Translations under genes and position numbers: made by a program
The notes under the pieces: model-generated
What the model was told of the DNA's origin: nothing
What the model saw: only the letters and a program-made list of their open reading frames with translations
Database searches by the model: none
Part shown: in pieces, positions 23,996 through 36,974 of the stretch
How the letters are laid out: each line of letters opens with the position of its first letter
How positions within the stretch are numbered: position 1 is the first letter of the stretch
Source: Octopus vulgaris
Taxonomy: Eukaryota
NCBI GenBank assembly: GCA_951406725.2
Contig: OX597823.1
Location: forward strand, 72,044,001 to 72,108,000
Direction of reading: 5' to 3'
DNA length: 64,000 nt

Positions 23996-25684
23996 TCAAG
24001 TTCTTTGTATTATGGTTTTTACTTACTGCACTGAAGTGTACGTTGATATTTAATTAAGTTAATTTAAATCAATCATGAATTTACGTTATTATTATATCTC
24101 TGTATGAAACGACCGTCAGCAAGAATTATAATTCTTATATATTTTAACAACTTGTTTCCTCCGTTTTAAACTAAATTGATGAGTTTTCTGGGACTTCACT
24201 CCATAAATTCACCATTCAAGTACTAGTTTCGTATCTTCGCAAATTTACGCCTATAAACTCCCAGTAAAGTATGAAGAATCAACATTAGAATTTTTTTTGA
24301 AAACCTCCAAATTAAAAGACGAATCTACATTCAACCTTTATACACCAATATATATATATACATACACGTCCGATTCGTTTATTAATTAGCTATTTGTTTT
24401 CGTACCACGTTTTGTGGGGTTCGTTGGTGTCCACTGTCTTACGGAACGATTCTTGTGGCTATTTCGAAAAGTTCCCTCTGCTTAAAAATTATTTCTGAGT
24501 CAAATAATGGTAAGCCTCGGAGGTGGATCTGATTGAAACTTCTCACTAAGCTGTCTTTTCACTTCGACTGCATCTTCAAACATCCACAGGCAATTTTGGG
24601 TAAATTCCTTTTGTTCAAAGCTTAGTTTGGTTCCTATTAATATTTCTAACTAGTGGACCGCCTTTCAGGCAGTTGCAGTTTTCTTCTAGTTATTAAATGA
24701 TATTTACACATTTGATATGTCTAATTCTGATGTGTTACTCCTAATTTTCACTGTATCCTTTATTTGTCTAATGGTACTCTCTCGCTCAGTAAATTTAGAG
24801 CATAACTACAGAAGTGTGCACCACCGACTTTGTTTCCTCATCACTGTCTGAAAAATAAATATTTGTTTTTGAAATTTTCTACAAATACGTCTCAGATAGT
24901 GTAGATTACCATTATATCGCAATTGTTGTGCAAAACTTTTATTAGCAGAAGATGGGTCAGACGTTATTGATAATTTACCCGTCTCAATTTTGTGTCTTCA
25001 TAGATTTCTGAAAACTTAGAATTTCTTATAAGATATTATCTTCATCTGTTGATTATGAATTTTTAAGGAAAGCTACATGGAAAAAAAGATCGGTAATTGG
25101 TAGGAGGCACCTGCTTTAGCTATGTCTAATTGATATTTGCAAATTAAAACCATATTTCTTATTCAGTAGTCTACTTATTTAACAACACTCGGCAAATATA
25201 GATTGTAGAATCAACACAATTTCGTGGACGCTGGATGAACTTGAAATTTGCAGAATGTAGCGTTGTAAATATTTAAGTAACCTAAGTATTTCCAGAAATA
25301 TAAATAGCGACGTTAAAAAAACGCTCTCTCGCACTGAATTAAATTGCTGCAGGGCATAAGAATTACTCTTGATTGAAGTGCACAATAAAAATCTTCAATG
25401 ACGAAGCCCCAGCATGGCCACAACCATAGGGCTGAAACGTATAAAAGAATAAAAAAATATTTATTTTTAAATCGCATTTTGATAAAAATATAAAAAAGGA
25501 AAATATGAATTGGAATTTATGCAAAATTTCTTGATAGGGCAAAATTTAATAATTACTTTGTTTTTCTGAATGTTGCACAATCCGCTCTAACTAGTGAGCA
25601 GCTTACAGTAAAAAAAAACGAAACGAAATTAATTAGCAGCTGTTAAAGTGTGCGAGTTCGTTCTTTTTCTTTTGGTTCATCCTC

Positions 25685-25749
<65 letters not shown>

Positions 25750-26094
25750 GCATGTGTGTGTGTGTAAATACACATAAATTTATAAGTGTATATGTATGTA
25801 TCAGAATGCGTGTAGCTTGTCATATGGTGACCTACTCAGCTTTTACTTCTTGTTTCATAGACACAAAAGCAAATATTTAATCGAATAGCAATCACACTAT
25901 AAGCTTTGCTTAAGTTTTGCAGGCTTAACTCCATCTGCTAGTCAGTGTTATGGTTTTTACGGTTTTATGACCATTGTTTTGCTGAACTACCGGCATTGAT
26001 TTCTAATTTAAATATTGTGTAAACAATCGATAAATTAGTGGACATCTGTTCAATTAAGCTCATGTTATAACGAGCCTGAAACCAAGCCGTTGAA

Positions 26095-26231
26095 GCTGCT
26101 TACGAACCGCATGGTTCCGGGTTCAGTCCCAGTGCGTGGCACCTTAGGCAAATGTCTTATACTATAGTCTCGGGCCAACCAAAGCCTTGTGAGTGGATTT
26201 GGTAGACGGAAAATGAAAGAAGCCCGTTGTA

Positions 26232-26278
<47 letters not shown>

Positions 26279-26787
26279 ATATATATATGTATGTATGTAT
26301 ATATATATATTATATATGATACATATATATATATATATATAATACAAAATGGGACAAGAACGCAAAACATTCGGACAACTAGGTGATACAAAAAGGTACA
26401 ACAAAACATCCAGATAGACGATACAAAGAACACAAGGACAGGTCATTCGAAGTTTTCTATCTTCAGTAAAGAACCAGATTATCCTCGCAATTTCGGCTAA
26501 TTATTCTTGAGATTGTTCCAATCTGGCCAGCCCCAAGGATGAACTAAGCTAAGAGCATATATATGTATGTGTGTGTGTCTGTGTTTGTTACCCCCAACAT
26601 CGCTTGACAACCAAGTCTGGTGTGTTTACGTCGCCGTAAGCTAGCGGTTCGGCAAAAGAGACCGATAGAATAAGTGCTAGGCTTACAAAGAATAAGTCCT
26701 GAAGTAGATTTGCTCGACTAAATGCGGTGCTCCAGCATGGCCACTGTCAAATGACTGCAACAATTAAACGATTAAAAGAGTAAAGAG
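26095..26787 (+). mobile_element. SINE family A with a nested insertion (~26340-26557) in its internal microsatellite
   Basis: Head atggttccgggttcagtccc at ~26111 and tail ...gattaaaagagtaaagag at ~26780, separated by (TA)n plus a foreign ~220-bp repeat related to 23503-23590. Confidence 0.88.
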
Positions 26788-28014
26788 TGTATCCATACAA
26801 ATGTGTAGACACGCAGCGTTGAGTAACGTACGTTACAATGACTGGTATTTGAAGCACTATCAAGAAGCTGAGCTGATATCCTTACACAATGTATATCCAT
26901 CGCGGTAAAAATATGAAAACAACGTAGTTATAGATGAGAAGTGAATTTACTCTACCAGATTTTAAAACAAAATAATAGGTTAAATTAAATTTTATATGTG
27001 AAATAAGTTCTTTTGAATTTGCTGTAGGAACGGATCTATGATTGTGGTGGTGCGTCGGTAGATGGGGGCTGGGTGTTAAGAATATGACCAGTTACAATGT
27101 GACTTTTTTTTTATTTATGACCGAAAACTTCGTTCTATCTTTGTTCAATGAATGCAGAAGTCACTGCCGTTAAAATGCAGAACATGTGGCAATGTAATCG
27201 GGGACAATGATGTCTCTCGTTCGATATCTCCCTGTTTCTTCAAACTATTGATCTGCGTCCCTGAGAACAGAAATGTTTGTTGGGTACACTGATTAATTCT
27301 ATGTATCAACATAAAGATTAAGGGTGATAAAATATTACTGACAAGCTGAAGTTTCAAGGATTTAACTTCACCTGCTATACGATCCTTACGTTCATAATGT
27401 TTCTGTTTATTGTTTTACTGGCGTCGTCTTTTACTTTAATAGTTACGTAGCCAATCAATAAAATATGTCCTGGAAAGACACTATAGAATGAATACGATAA
27501 TGAGATCAAATTCTTTGTGGGACATTCGATGTGTTTCTGGTTATGAGTTGCAGATCATTCGAGAATGGAATGTATTTCAGAATAGCATCCTGTTTTTATG
27601 AAATAAGATAAGGTTTAGAAATCCGTGAGATTCGAGAAAGAAAGGCAGAGATTATATCATTGAATTTCAATAATACTCACCTACAGTTTTACTTATCTAT
27701 TTGTACTAAAGAATAAATACAGCCTCGATTAAGAATCTAGGAATATTTTTTGTAAATATACAACTGTTTTGTTTTTAATTATTATAATTATCATTAAAAC
27801 CACTCGGTAATACCGGTGAGCACAGGTCTAGTAGTCACGTATGAAAGGGTATGTATGTATGTATATATATGTATATATATACATAGATACAAGTATCTAT
27901 CTATCGCTCTCTCTATATATATATATACATATATATAATAATAATATTAGGAAGTAAATCCAAACTTACAGGGAAAAATTAGATTTAGGATTATATCTAA
28001 TTGTACAGTATAAA

Positions 28015-28515
28015 TATATATAATACATTAGAGATAAAACCACTATTAGGCAAATCAAACCGTGAAAAACATAAACCAAAACATAGAAATGAAATAGATT
28101 AATATAATATACAAAATATATAAAATATAAAATTCAAAATTTAAATTATCTAAATTTAAAGTTAAAATTTTAAAAATTAATTTATACTTATTAATTTTTA
28201 TATATGTATAAATATATATATATAAATATTATTATTTTAAATTTTTATTATTATTTATTATTATTTTTATTTATTATTTATTATTTTTATTTTTATTATT
28301 TTTTCATATTATTTTTATGATATATATATAAAAATTTATAAGTATAAATTAATAATTTTTAAAATTTTAACTTTAAATTGAAATAATTTAAATTTTAAAT
28401 TTTATATTTTATATATTTTATATATTTTGTATATTATATTAATTAATTTTATTTCTATGTTTTGGTTTATGTTTTGCAGTGTTTGATTTGCCTAATAGTG
28501 GTTTTATCTCTAATG

Positions 28516-28522
<7 letters not shown>
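28015..28522. repeat. AT-rich foldback: ~190-bp inverted arms with ~110-bp AT spacer
   Basis: cattagagataaaaccactattaggcaaatcaaac... vs ...gtttgatttgcctaatagtggttttatctctaatg. Confidence 0.92.
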
Positions 28523-28569
<47 letters not shown>

Positions 28570-28614
28570 GGGGAGAGAAAGAGAGTGAGAGAAAGATACT
28601 TGAATGTATGTATA

Positions 28615-28665
<51 letters not shown>

Positions 28666-28699
28666 GCACATATAAATACAGTGTACATTTAAACACATA

Positions 28700-29983
28700 C
28701 GAGGGGCGTTCAATAAGTAATGCCCCTGACCCACTTCCCATAGGAGTAGAGCAACGAAACTTGGCACAGTTATTAGTCTTTTTCTACATAGGAACCACCC
28801 AGAGTTACGCATTTCTCCCATCGTTTGATGCGGCTCTGGAGACCGTTTTTGTAGAAGAACCCAGCTTGGTCCTCCAGCCTCAACGTGACTTCAGAAATCA
28901 AGGCTGCATCATCTAGGAAACGCTTTCCTTTCAAAAACAACTTCATGATTGGGAAGAGGTGAAAATCAGAGGGTGCAAGGTCAGGAAAGTAGGGGGGATG
29001 GGGAGGAGTTCATAGCCATACGCCTGTGCTTCTGATCTGGCGACAAGCGAGTTGTGGACCGGAGCGTTGTCCTGCAGGAGGAGGATGCCTTTGCTGATCT
29101 TGCCCCGCCTCTTGATTTTGATAACTTCTCTTAATTTCCTCAAAAGTGAAGCATAATAGGCTCCTGCAATTGTGGTACACTTTGCCAGGAAATCTGTCAT
29201 CACTACTCCGTCCTGGTCCCTGTGAGCATGACCTTGCCAGTGGAGGGCTGCACCCTTGCCTTCTTTGGAGGGGGTGAGTCACGGTGCTTCCACTGCATTG
29301 ACTAGGCTCTGGTCTCTGGATCACCGTGATGGACCCAGGTTTCATCCTGTGTAATCAGTCTTTTGAAAAATTTTGACTCATCTTCTTGGCACATCTCCAA
29401 ATTCCTCCTCGAGCACTCGACGCGTTCTTGCTTCTGGAAAGGTGTGAGCAACCTGGGAATCCATCTGGCAGACACCTTTTGCATATGCAAATGGTCATGA
29501 ATGATAGTTTCCACAGACCTGATACTAATCTTGACCTCATGGGCTATTTGGCGAATATTTATGCGTCGATCTTCCAAAATGGCAGCCTCAAATTCACGGA
29601 CAGCTGCCTCATCAATGACAGAAGGGGGCGACCAGATCTCGGAGCTGTTTCCACAGAGTTCCGTCCATGTTTTAATTCACGATGCCAGCGTTTTACAAGG
29701 TCATATGATGGGGCATCATCACCATAAGTTACTTTCATTTCATCAAAAGTCTCCCGTGGTGTGCGTCCTTTCAAATAAAAAAACCGGATCACTGCTCGAT
29801 ACTCAACAGGCTCCATTTCACACCTGACTCAGTTCAAACACCTGTAAATCAAAAACCACAATTCGTTCAGAGCTGTAATTTGCCACTTAATCTATAGATA
29901 TATAAATAATTGCACATGCAAAATTTCAGCTAGATCAAACAACTGCAAGTGGGTCAGAGGCATTACTTATTGAACGTCCCTCG
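28700..29983 (-). mobile_element. Full-length (1284 bp) mariner DNA transposon
   Basis: 37-bp TIRs cgaggg(g/a)cgttcaataagtaatgcc(c/t)ctgacccactt with 2 mismatches; TA duplication at 28698-28699 and 29984-29985. Confidence 0.97.
28773..29816 (-). pseudogene. Mariner (DD34D-type) transposase, frameshifted
   Basis: MEPVEYRAVIRFFYLKG (HTH), PRSGRP, WIPRLL (WVPHEL-like), ITQDETWVHH, LLQDNAPVH, frameshifted YSPDLAPSD region, C-terminus [16 protein letters not shown]. Confidence 0.95.
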
Positions 29984-30098
29984 TAAGAGGTATCAATCAT
30001 AGGATACCTGGCACACTAGAAGGAATAGCCAAAATCCAAACCACTATTCGGGATAAATTTCGAAGGGAATGAAAAATAAAAACATTTACCATCTATTT

Positions 30099-30168
30099 CC
30101 TGGACCATGGTTTCGGACTTTAAATTAGAAAATAAAATAATTTGCTAGGCGAAGTCTTCATTAACAGG
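30099..30168 (-). ncRNA. Degenerate type-I hammerhead motif
   Basis: Minus strand: CCTG ttaatga a GACTT...AAGTC c GAAA CCATGG TC CAGG; stems and GUC site intact, core mutated at 2 positions. Confidence 0.5.
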
Positions 30169-30304
30169 TACGCCTAGATTAAACATATAAACGAGGCAAT
30201 CCAGCATAGACCACTGATAGTAAAAATTTCTAAAATTTTTCTTACCCTAATACTATTAGTTATACATATACGCATATATATCATATATATACATATATAT
30301 ATAA

Positions 30305-30359
<55 letters not shown>

Positions 30360-30971
30360 AGTGTGTATCTGTGTGTATCTGTGTGTATCTGTGTGTATGT
30401 GTGTGTATGTCTGTGTGCTTGTATATACATTACGGTATTCATATACCTCTCTTTAAGCGTTAAAAATTAGCATTTTAGTTTCCTATCAGTAGAGAAAATG
30501 GAATACGATATTGTTTTCTTCACACTTTCGTGAAAGAGCGTTACTTACTTGTGAGAAGTAATTGCAACTGTGAGAACGAGAAGTTACATCTCATTTTCAC
30601 CGTTCGCACGATTAGTCTCTTGTTACATATCATATTGCGTAGAGATAAATCGGTTAAGTGAAATCAACAGTTCCGCTCGAAACATTACAATGGCTGACTG
30701 ATTATATCGTATGTTTTGATTTTGCTTGTTTTAAATTAACACACGAATGTTCAAATATCATTGTTAACTGAAATTCGAAGAGGCAAGGCATCTTTTCATT
30801 CATTAATTCTCTTTCAAATTTGACATTCGAGCAAAACTTTTCCCACTCTGGTACCATCAGACTCGTCTCTATTACATGCATACATAACTACATACGTACA
30901 TACATACATACGTACATACATACATACATACACACGTAGATACATACATGCATACATAAATGCATACATAC

Positions 30972-31012
<41 letters not shown>

Positions 31013-31170
31013 TTCAGCAAAAATTTAGATTCAAATGAATATGGTACTTAATTTAGATGCACCAGAATTTTGTATGGTGTTATCCATAAAAATCCGTGGG
31101 GTGATTATAATGAAAATAAGCAACAAGAATGACTCCGGTTTTTTTGGAGTCATTCTTGTTGCTTATTTTG

Positions 31171-31217
<47 letters not shown>

Positions 31218-31259
31218 CGTTTTGCAAGATTCTTGATGTGAAATCGTGTGTTGAAACAG

Positions 31260-31603
31260 ATATTGTTGTATTTAGGGGTGGTCATGTTGCCAGCTTAGCC
31301 AATAAAAACACCCGCACTATATATTTTGTGTTAATTTGCTTCAGCTTTATTTTACTTTTTTTACATTGAATTCAATAAGAATAGAAAATACAAAATACAA
31401 AATGGCTGATCGTTGGTAAGGAACGACACAAACAAGAAAGAAGAAAGTAAAGTACCACTGATGAGGTCACAGAAATGTGACGAAAGAACTCTGGCCGAAA
31501 TAAGATTAATGTATGAAATAAAATAAAGCTGAAGCAAATTAACACCAAATATATAATGCGTGTATTTTTATTAGCTAAACTGGGAACATGACCATCCCTA
31601 AAT

Positions 31604-31612
<9 letters not shown>
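31260..31612. repeat. ~95-bp inverted repeat pair between two (TA)n tracts, enclosing a hammerhead
   Basis: tattgttgtatttaggggtggtcatgtt...gttaatttgcttcagctttatttta vs taaaataaagctgaagcaaattaac...aacatgaccatccctaaatacaacaata; further partial copy at ~32352-32460. Confidence 0.9.
31455..31494 (+). ncRNA. Minimal type-I hammerhead ribozyme motif, canonical core
   Basis: CCA CTGATGA g GTCACA gaaa TGTGAC GAAA gaac TC TGG: stem I CCA/TGG, 6-bp stem II with GAAA tetraloop, CUC cleavage triplet. Confidence 0.8.
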
Positions 31613-31686
<74 letters not shown>

Positions 31687-32042
31687 CATGAACAAAGAGA
31701 TGACACCGGGAAAGCGAAGTTCATTAGCTTAGTACTAGTTCTGCTATAAGATGTGGTGGACTTTTTGTTGATTACCAGGAAAACATCCTTTAGCTTCATC
31801 AGAGTATTGAATTTGAAGTGCACTCTATTTAGGAAAGTAACCTTTTCGGAACATAGAGGCGTTATAAGTAAGAAAGTTTATGTTGATGGCTATGGAAAGT
31901 TCTTTTCCGCTTTCACCTCTTTGTTTCTATTACTGTGGTATACTTGTACAACATCGTGTTCTGGACCATGCGTATATCGAGTTCTGTATCAGGTTACTAG
32001 TCTCTCTATGTCTATGCGAAATATTAATATACACACACACAC

Positions 32043-32104
<62 letters not shown>

Positions 32105-32106
<2 letters not shown>

Positions 32107-32260
32107 TTTCACGTTGCTCTAGTACACTTAGCTGGCAAAAATGAGTAACGCTGCAATGGACTGGCGTCCCGTCCAGCTGTGGAAAACATACGCCATAGAA
32201 ACTGGGAAACCGGGCCCATGAGCCTGGCTAGGCTTTAAAAGGGCGCATTTATTTATTTTA
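32105..32260 (+). mobile_element. 5'-truncated SINE with V-domain-like core
   Basis: catttcacgttgctc (shared with family C) followed by ctgcaatggactggcgtcccgtccag, resembling the V-SINE central box as recalled; TTTA-type tail. Confidence 0.65.
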
Positions 32261-32267
32261 TTATACA

Positions 32268-32350
<83 letters not shown>

Positions 32351-32986
32351 ATGTTGCAAGATTCCTGATGTGAAAGCGTATAGCGAAACAGATATTGGTG
32401 TAATTGGGGATGGTCTGTTTCTTCTTTTTTTTTTGCCTAATAAACACACACACTATATATTGCTTAAATTCCTCATACTTCTCACTCTCTTATATACTTT
32501 TTCTTTTTTCCTTCTTTTAATCCACATTTCTTTCTACACTTATATTCTCCTCTCTTACTATGTTCTCAACACATTCTAATTGAATCTTCCGCGCGTTAAC
32601 ATGTACCTTCTTGCGACAGTATGAACTTTCATTTAATCAAAATATCTTTGGCCTGAAAAGTAGCCTGCAGTATACACCGCTAGTGGATATTTTCCACTTC
32701 TGATGTTCCACACGCTATGAAACATATGTAGACCGGATCTTATTTACTCCGTTCCTTAACTTTTATACATGTGTGTATATATACATATAGGTACACACAA
32801 AATGTTTTCGTAAACTAATGTAATGCAAGAGGTATGTATTATGAGTGCTCAGTTTGGTTACCACTACGTTTCCTGTCTGAACTACAACGTGGGGTTGTGA
32901 CTGCGAATCCAAAGCGGATAGAAGTCGTTTCTCCTTGAACGGTGGTTTCTCTCGGTCTGTCTTTCCATCGACTCTTCCATCTAGCA

Positions 32987-33067
32987 TGCCAGCCATCCAT
33001 CCATCCATCCATCCAGCCATCCAGCCAGCCAGCCAGCTAGCCAGCCAGCCAGCCAGCCAACCGTCTG

Positions 33068-33141
<74 letters not shown>
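32987..33141. repeat. Compound tetranucleotide array (CCAT)n>(CCAG)n>(CTGT)n>(CTAT)n
   Basis: Directly visible stepwise motif change. Confidence 0.95.
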
Positions 33142-33489
33142 ATTAAAAGTAACGAATTGCTCAAACAACCGGCACATACCATTTCGCTGGCAACAAGGTG
33201 AGTACAGGATGATAGTCAGCCAAAACTGTCGCTATGCTGTCCCTCTTCTTTCCTCTGTCTGTCTGTCTGTCTGTCTCTCTCTCGCTCTCTCTCTCTCTGT
33301 GCCCCACTCTCTATACGATTATCTTAAAGCAACAGTTGTCAAATGCAAAAAGTGAAAGAACTGTTAAGACATACATATATACATACACACAGTAATTTCT
33401 CCCCTTCCTCCTCATCGGAACTTTACATATATGTGTCTGCGTGTCTATGTCTGTATGTATGAATATATATGTATATATGTATATATGTA

Positions 33490-33555
<66 letters not shown>

Positions 33556-33590
33556 TATATGTATATAAATATATTCGAGTGCATGTATGG

Positions 33591-33623
<33 letters not shown>

Positions 33624-33677
33624 CATACCTACATACATTCATGCACTCATATTTATATACACACATATATATACATC

Positions 33678-33990
33678 ATTGTTGTTGTTGTTGGCATCCC
33701 TTTGTCTCGGGGAACAATGGAGTTGCGCATAAACTAATCCAGTCTGGTTTTTACGTTTAATGTCCTCTCCAGTTTCGCGCAGGCCTGGGCTAGATGTAAG
33801 AAAATCCTGGGCAGCGCAACGTTTAGGATTCCTCTCTCGACCTTGCTAACGTAGTCCAAAGTACTACAGAGCATTACGTTTCGCACCAGCTTGGTTGCAG
33901 GTGCTGCCGGAAAAGTGTCGAATCGAACACTAAACCGCCTACGGGGCTCCACTCCGGATTTCTTTGAAGGCTGTCTCCTTTCTGTAACCT
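33678..33990 (-). mobile_element. Non-autonomous RTE-derived element (5'UTR-like part + RTE 3' end)
   Basis: Minus strand ends ccattgttccccgagacaaagggatgcc(aac)n, an RTE/BovB-like terminal stem and tail; the ggctccactccggattt segment resembles RTE 5' regions. Confidence 0.65.
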
Positions 33991-34069
33991 TGGATAGGGG
34001 CCATATATATCATATATACGCATATAAATGTATATCTACAAGTATCCACTTATGTGTGTTTCTCTCTCA

Positions 34070-34129
<60 letters not shown>

Positions 34130-34262
34130 ATATATATATATATACATAGATATATTAAATATATGTACATTTCTATATGTTTACATACATTCATATTTAC
34201 ATATACACTCACATATGTATATACAAACATACATATGAACACAAATACACACACACATACAC

Positions 34263-34307
<45 letters not shown>

Positions 34308-34557
34308 CGTATATACGTATGTACATACCTATATACATACGTACGTACATGCTTTCATACATACATACATATATACAGTCAGTGAATAGATTTAACAAAT
34401 TATATCAGTTAAAGGTTTTCATTGAAAATATTCATTGTAAATTGCCAAGTTAGAATGACTTCTTCTCATTCTATTAAGTGGTTGCAGTCTTTCCATTTGA
34501 ATAAAGTGTAATTATTTCTTCTTGATTTTCTTCTCTTGAATAATATTTTATTTTCAG

Positions 34558-34608
34558 GGCACAAAACATATCACACCGCGACTGTCAGACATCTATTCAA
34601 GATTGCAG
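34558..34608 (+). CDS. Candidate 51-bp internal exon of an unidentified host gene
   Basis: Pyrimidine-rich acceptor ...ttttattttcag|GGC and donor CAG|gtatta; length divisible by 3; no stop in any plus frame; lies in non-repetitive-looking sequence. Confidence 0.35.
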
Positions 34609-34841
34609 GTATTAAATATTCACAGTTAGATTTGTCAGGGCCACTGCTTGAATTTAATTAAATTCACTTAGTTATTTTAACTAATGTACATTACACACTG
34701 ACGAAGTGAAACTTATCGATAAACACACACTTGCGTACATATATGTTCACACGTACAGGCAAATCACGCATGCACACACGAACAAGTAAACATACGTCTC
34801 AACACATGTTTGCATACGTGCATACATATATACATTCATAA

Positions 34842-34887
<46 letters not shown>

Positions 34888-35026
34888 CATATATATATGA
34901 ATTTATAAATAAGGATAATGTCGTTTTATATATATATATATAAATATATATTATATAGATGTGTATATGTATATATATAGATATATATTATATATACAGA
35001 TATATATATTAAATATATATTATATA

Positions 35027-35069
<43 letters not shown>

Positions 35070-35491
35070 TATAAGCGTAACAAAAACACGCAAATATATA
35101 TTTATATACAATAACCATATACCAACACATTCATATGAGCCAGTATTTCAATATGTAAAGGCGCGCGCATGCGTGTGTGTGTGTGCCTATGTAGAGAGTT
35201 CAAGTTAGTGAATGTTAAACAGTTATTTCTATTTGTTACGAATACTTCCTCGTAGACATTCTTTTGAAATAGAAAAATGCACAGTGAAACTAGCAAAGAA
35301 AAATAAATGGTTTAGGATTTGTTAGATTAGATGAATATATCACCGGAGGCTCATGAATAGAGTAATTCAACATGTAATCTGTAGGTCAGAAAAATCACAA
35401 TTTTTACATTTATTTGTATGTTTAGTGCCATTCTTTAAAAATTGAATAAGATTTTTGTTATATTAGCGGATAATTTTCATGGATAATTTTA

Positions 35492-35897
35492 AGGCGTAGG
35501 AGTGGCTGTGTGGTAAGTAGCTTACTTACCAACCATGTGGTTGCGGGTTCAGTCCCACTGCGTGGCAACTTGGGCAGGTGTCTACGACTATAGCTTCGGG
35601 TCGGCCAAAGCCTTATGAGTGGATTTGATAGACGGAAACTGAAAGACGCCCGTTGCATATATATGTGTGTGTGTGTGTGTGTGTGTATGCTTGTGTGTCT
35701 GTGTTTGTCCCCCCAACATCGCTTGACAAGCGATGCTGATGCGTTTACGTCCCCTAACTTAGCGGTTCGGCAAAAGGGACCGATAGAATATGTACTAGGC
35801 TTATAAAGCATAAGTCCTGGGTAGATTTGCTCGATTAAAGGCAGTGCTCCAGCATGGTACTGTCAAATGAGTGAAACAAGTGAAAGAGTAAAAGAGT
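35492..35897 (+). mobile_element. Full-length SINE family A
   Basis: ggcgtaggagtggctgtgtggtaag ... gaaacaagtgaaagagtaaaagag. Confidence 0.93.
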
Positions 35898-36019
35898 ATG
35901 GACAAAAATCTCGCTTGATTTCGCAACAAGCAGGTAGAAAATACGAAACTAATAACTGTAAAAATACATATGTATTTACCAGTAAGTAGGTGTACGTATT
36001 TTTGCACACGGACATATAT

Positions 36020-36450
36020 AGTGATTTCAAATTTTGGCAAAAGATCAGCAATTTCGGGGGAGGGGTTAAATCGATTACCCCAGTAATCATCTCGGGTTTA
36101 TTTTATCGACTACGGAAAGGATGAAAGGCTAAGTTAACTTCGACGTAATTTCAACTCATACTATGAAGTTAGAAAAAAATGCAATTAATTACTTTGCTCG
36201 GCTTGCTAACGATTCTTATTTCTTTACAACCCACAAGGGGTTACACACAGAGGGGACAAACAAGGACAGACAAATGGATTAAGTCGATTATACCGACCCC
36301 AGAACGTAACTGGTACTTATCTAATCGACCCCGAAAGGATGAAAGGCAAAGTCGACCTCGGCGGAATTTGAACTCAGAACGTAGCGGAAGGCGAAATACC
36401 GCAAACATTTCGCCCATGCTTGCTAACGTTTCTGCCAGCCCGCCGCCTTC
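36020..36450 (-). mobile_element. Two adjacent SINE family B copies (older ~36020-36215, younger ~36218-36450) with different tails
   Basis: Both carry the aaggatgaaaggc(a/t)aagt core; plus-strand tails are tttcaaattttggcaaaag vs ttatttctttacaacccacaagggg. Confidence 0.88.
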
Positions 36451-36645
36451 ACACGCACATATATATTAATGATATTGATTTTGTGAATTTCATATAATAA
36501 TCGTGAGTGTATGACTTAATCAACAATGAGCGAAATCCATACACCCTGTAAAATTTCGAAGTGACCGAGGGTCATCTTACAAACGCTAATTGAAAAAAAA
36601 TTTAACACCATCAGTTAATATTCATGAAATACATTTCATTTCAGA

Positions 36646-36842
36646 TGCAGGCGTGGTTGCGTGATAAAAAGTATGCTTCCCATCTGCATGGTTACGAATT
36701 CAGTCGGACTGCGCATCACCTTGGGCAAGTAACTTCTACTACACACCCGTACTGACCAATTCCTTGTGAGTGGATTTAGTAGTGGAAACTGAAAGAAGCC
36801 CGTCTTATATGCATATGAGTGTGTGTGCGTGCGCGTGTGTAC

Positions 36843-36883
<41 letters not shown>

Positions 36884-36974
36884 TGTGCGTGCATTTTTGT
36901 TTGTTCCCCCATCACCGCTTAGCAACTAATATTGATATATAATATATATAATATTACATCTCCGTAAATTGACA
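36646..36974 (+). mobile_element. Degenerate SINE family A, 3'-truncated at the adjacent element
   Basis: gcaggcgtggttgcgtga...caccttgggcaagt...ccttgtgagtggattt...ggaaactgaaagaagcccgtc. Confidence 0.82.

Noticed and set aside
26480-26545. Stem-GAAA arrangement resembling a hammerhead on the minus strand
   Set aside because: No CUGANGA-like core at the required position and no valid NUH triplet.
27145-27265. Possible minus-strand terminal exon (GTQINSLKKQGDIERETSLSP...)
   Set aside because: Only a modest acceptor and an unrecognised short peptide; no other support.
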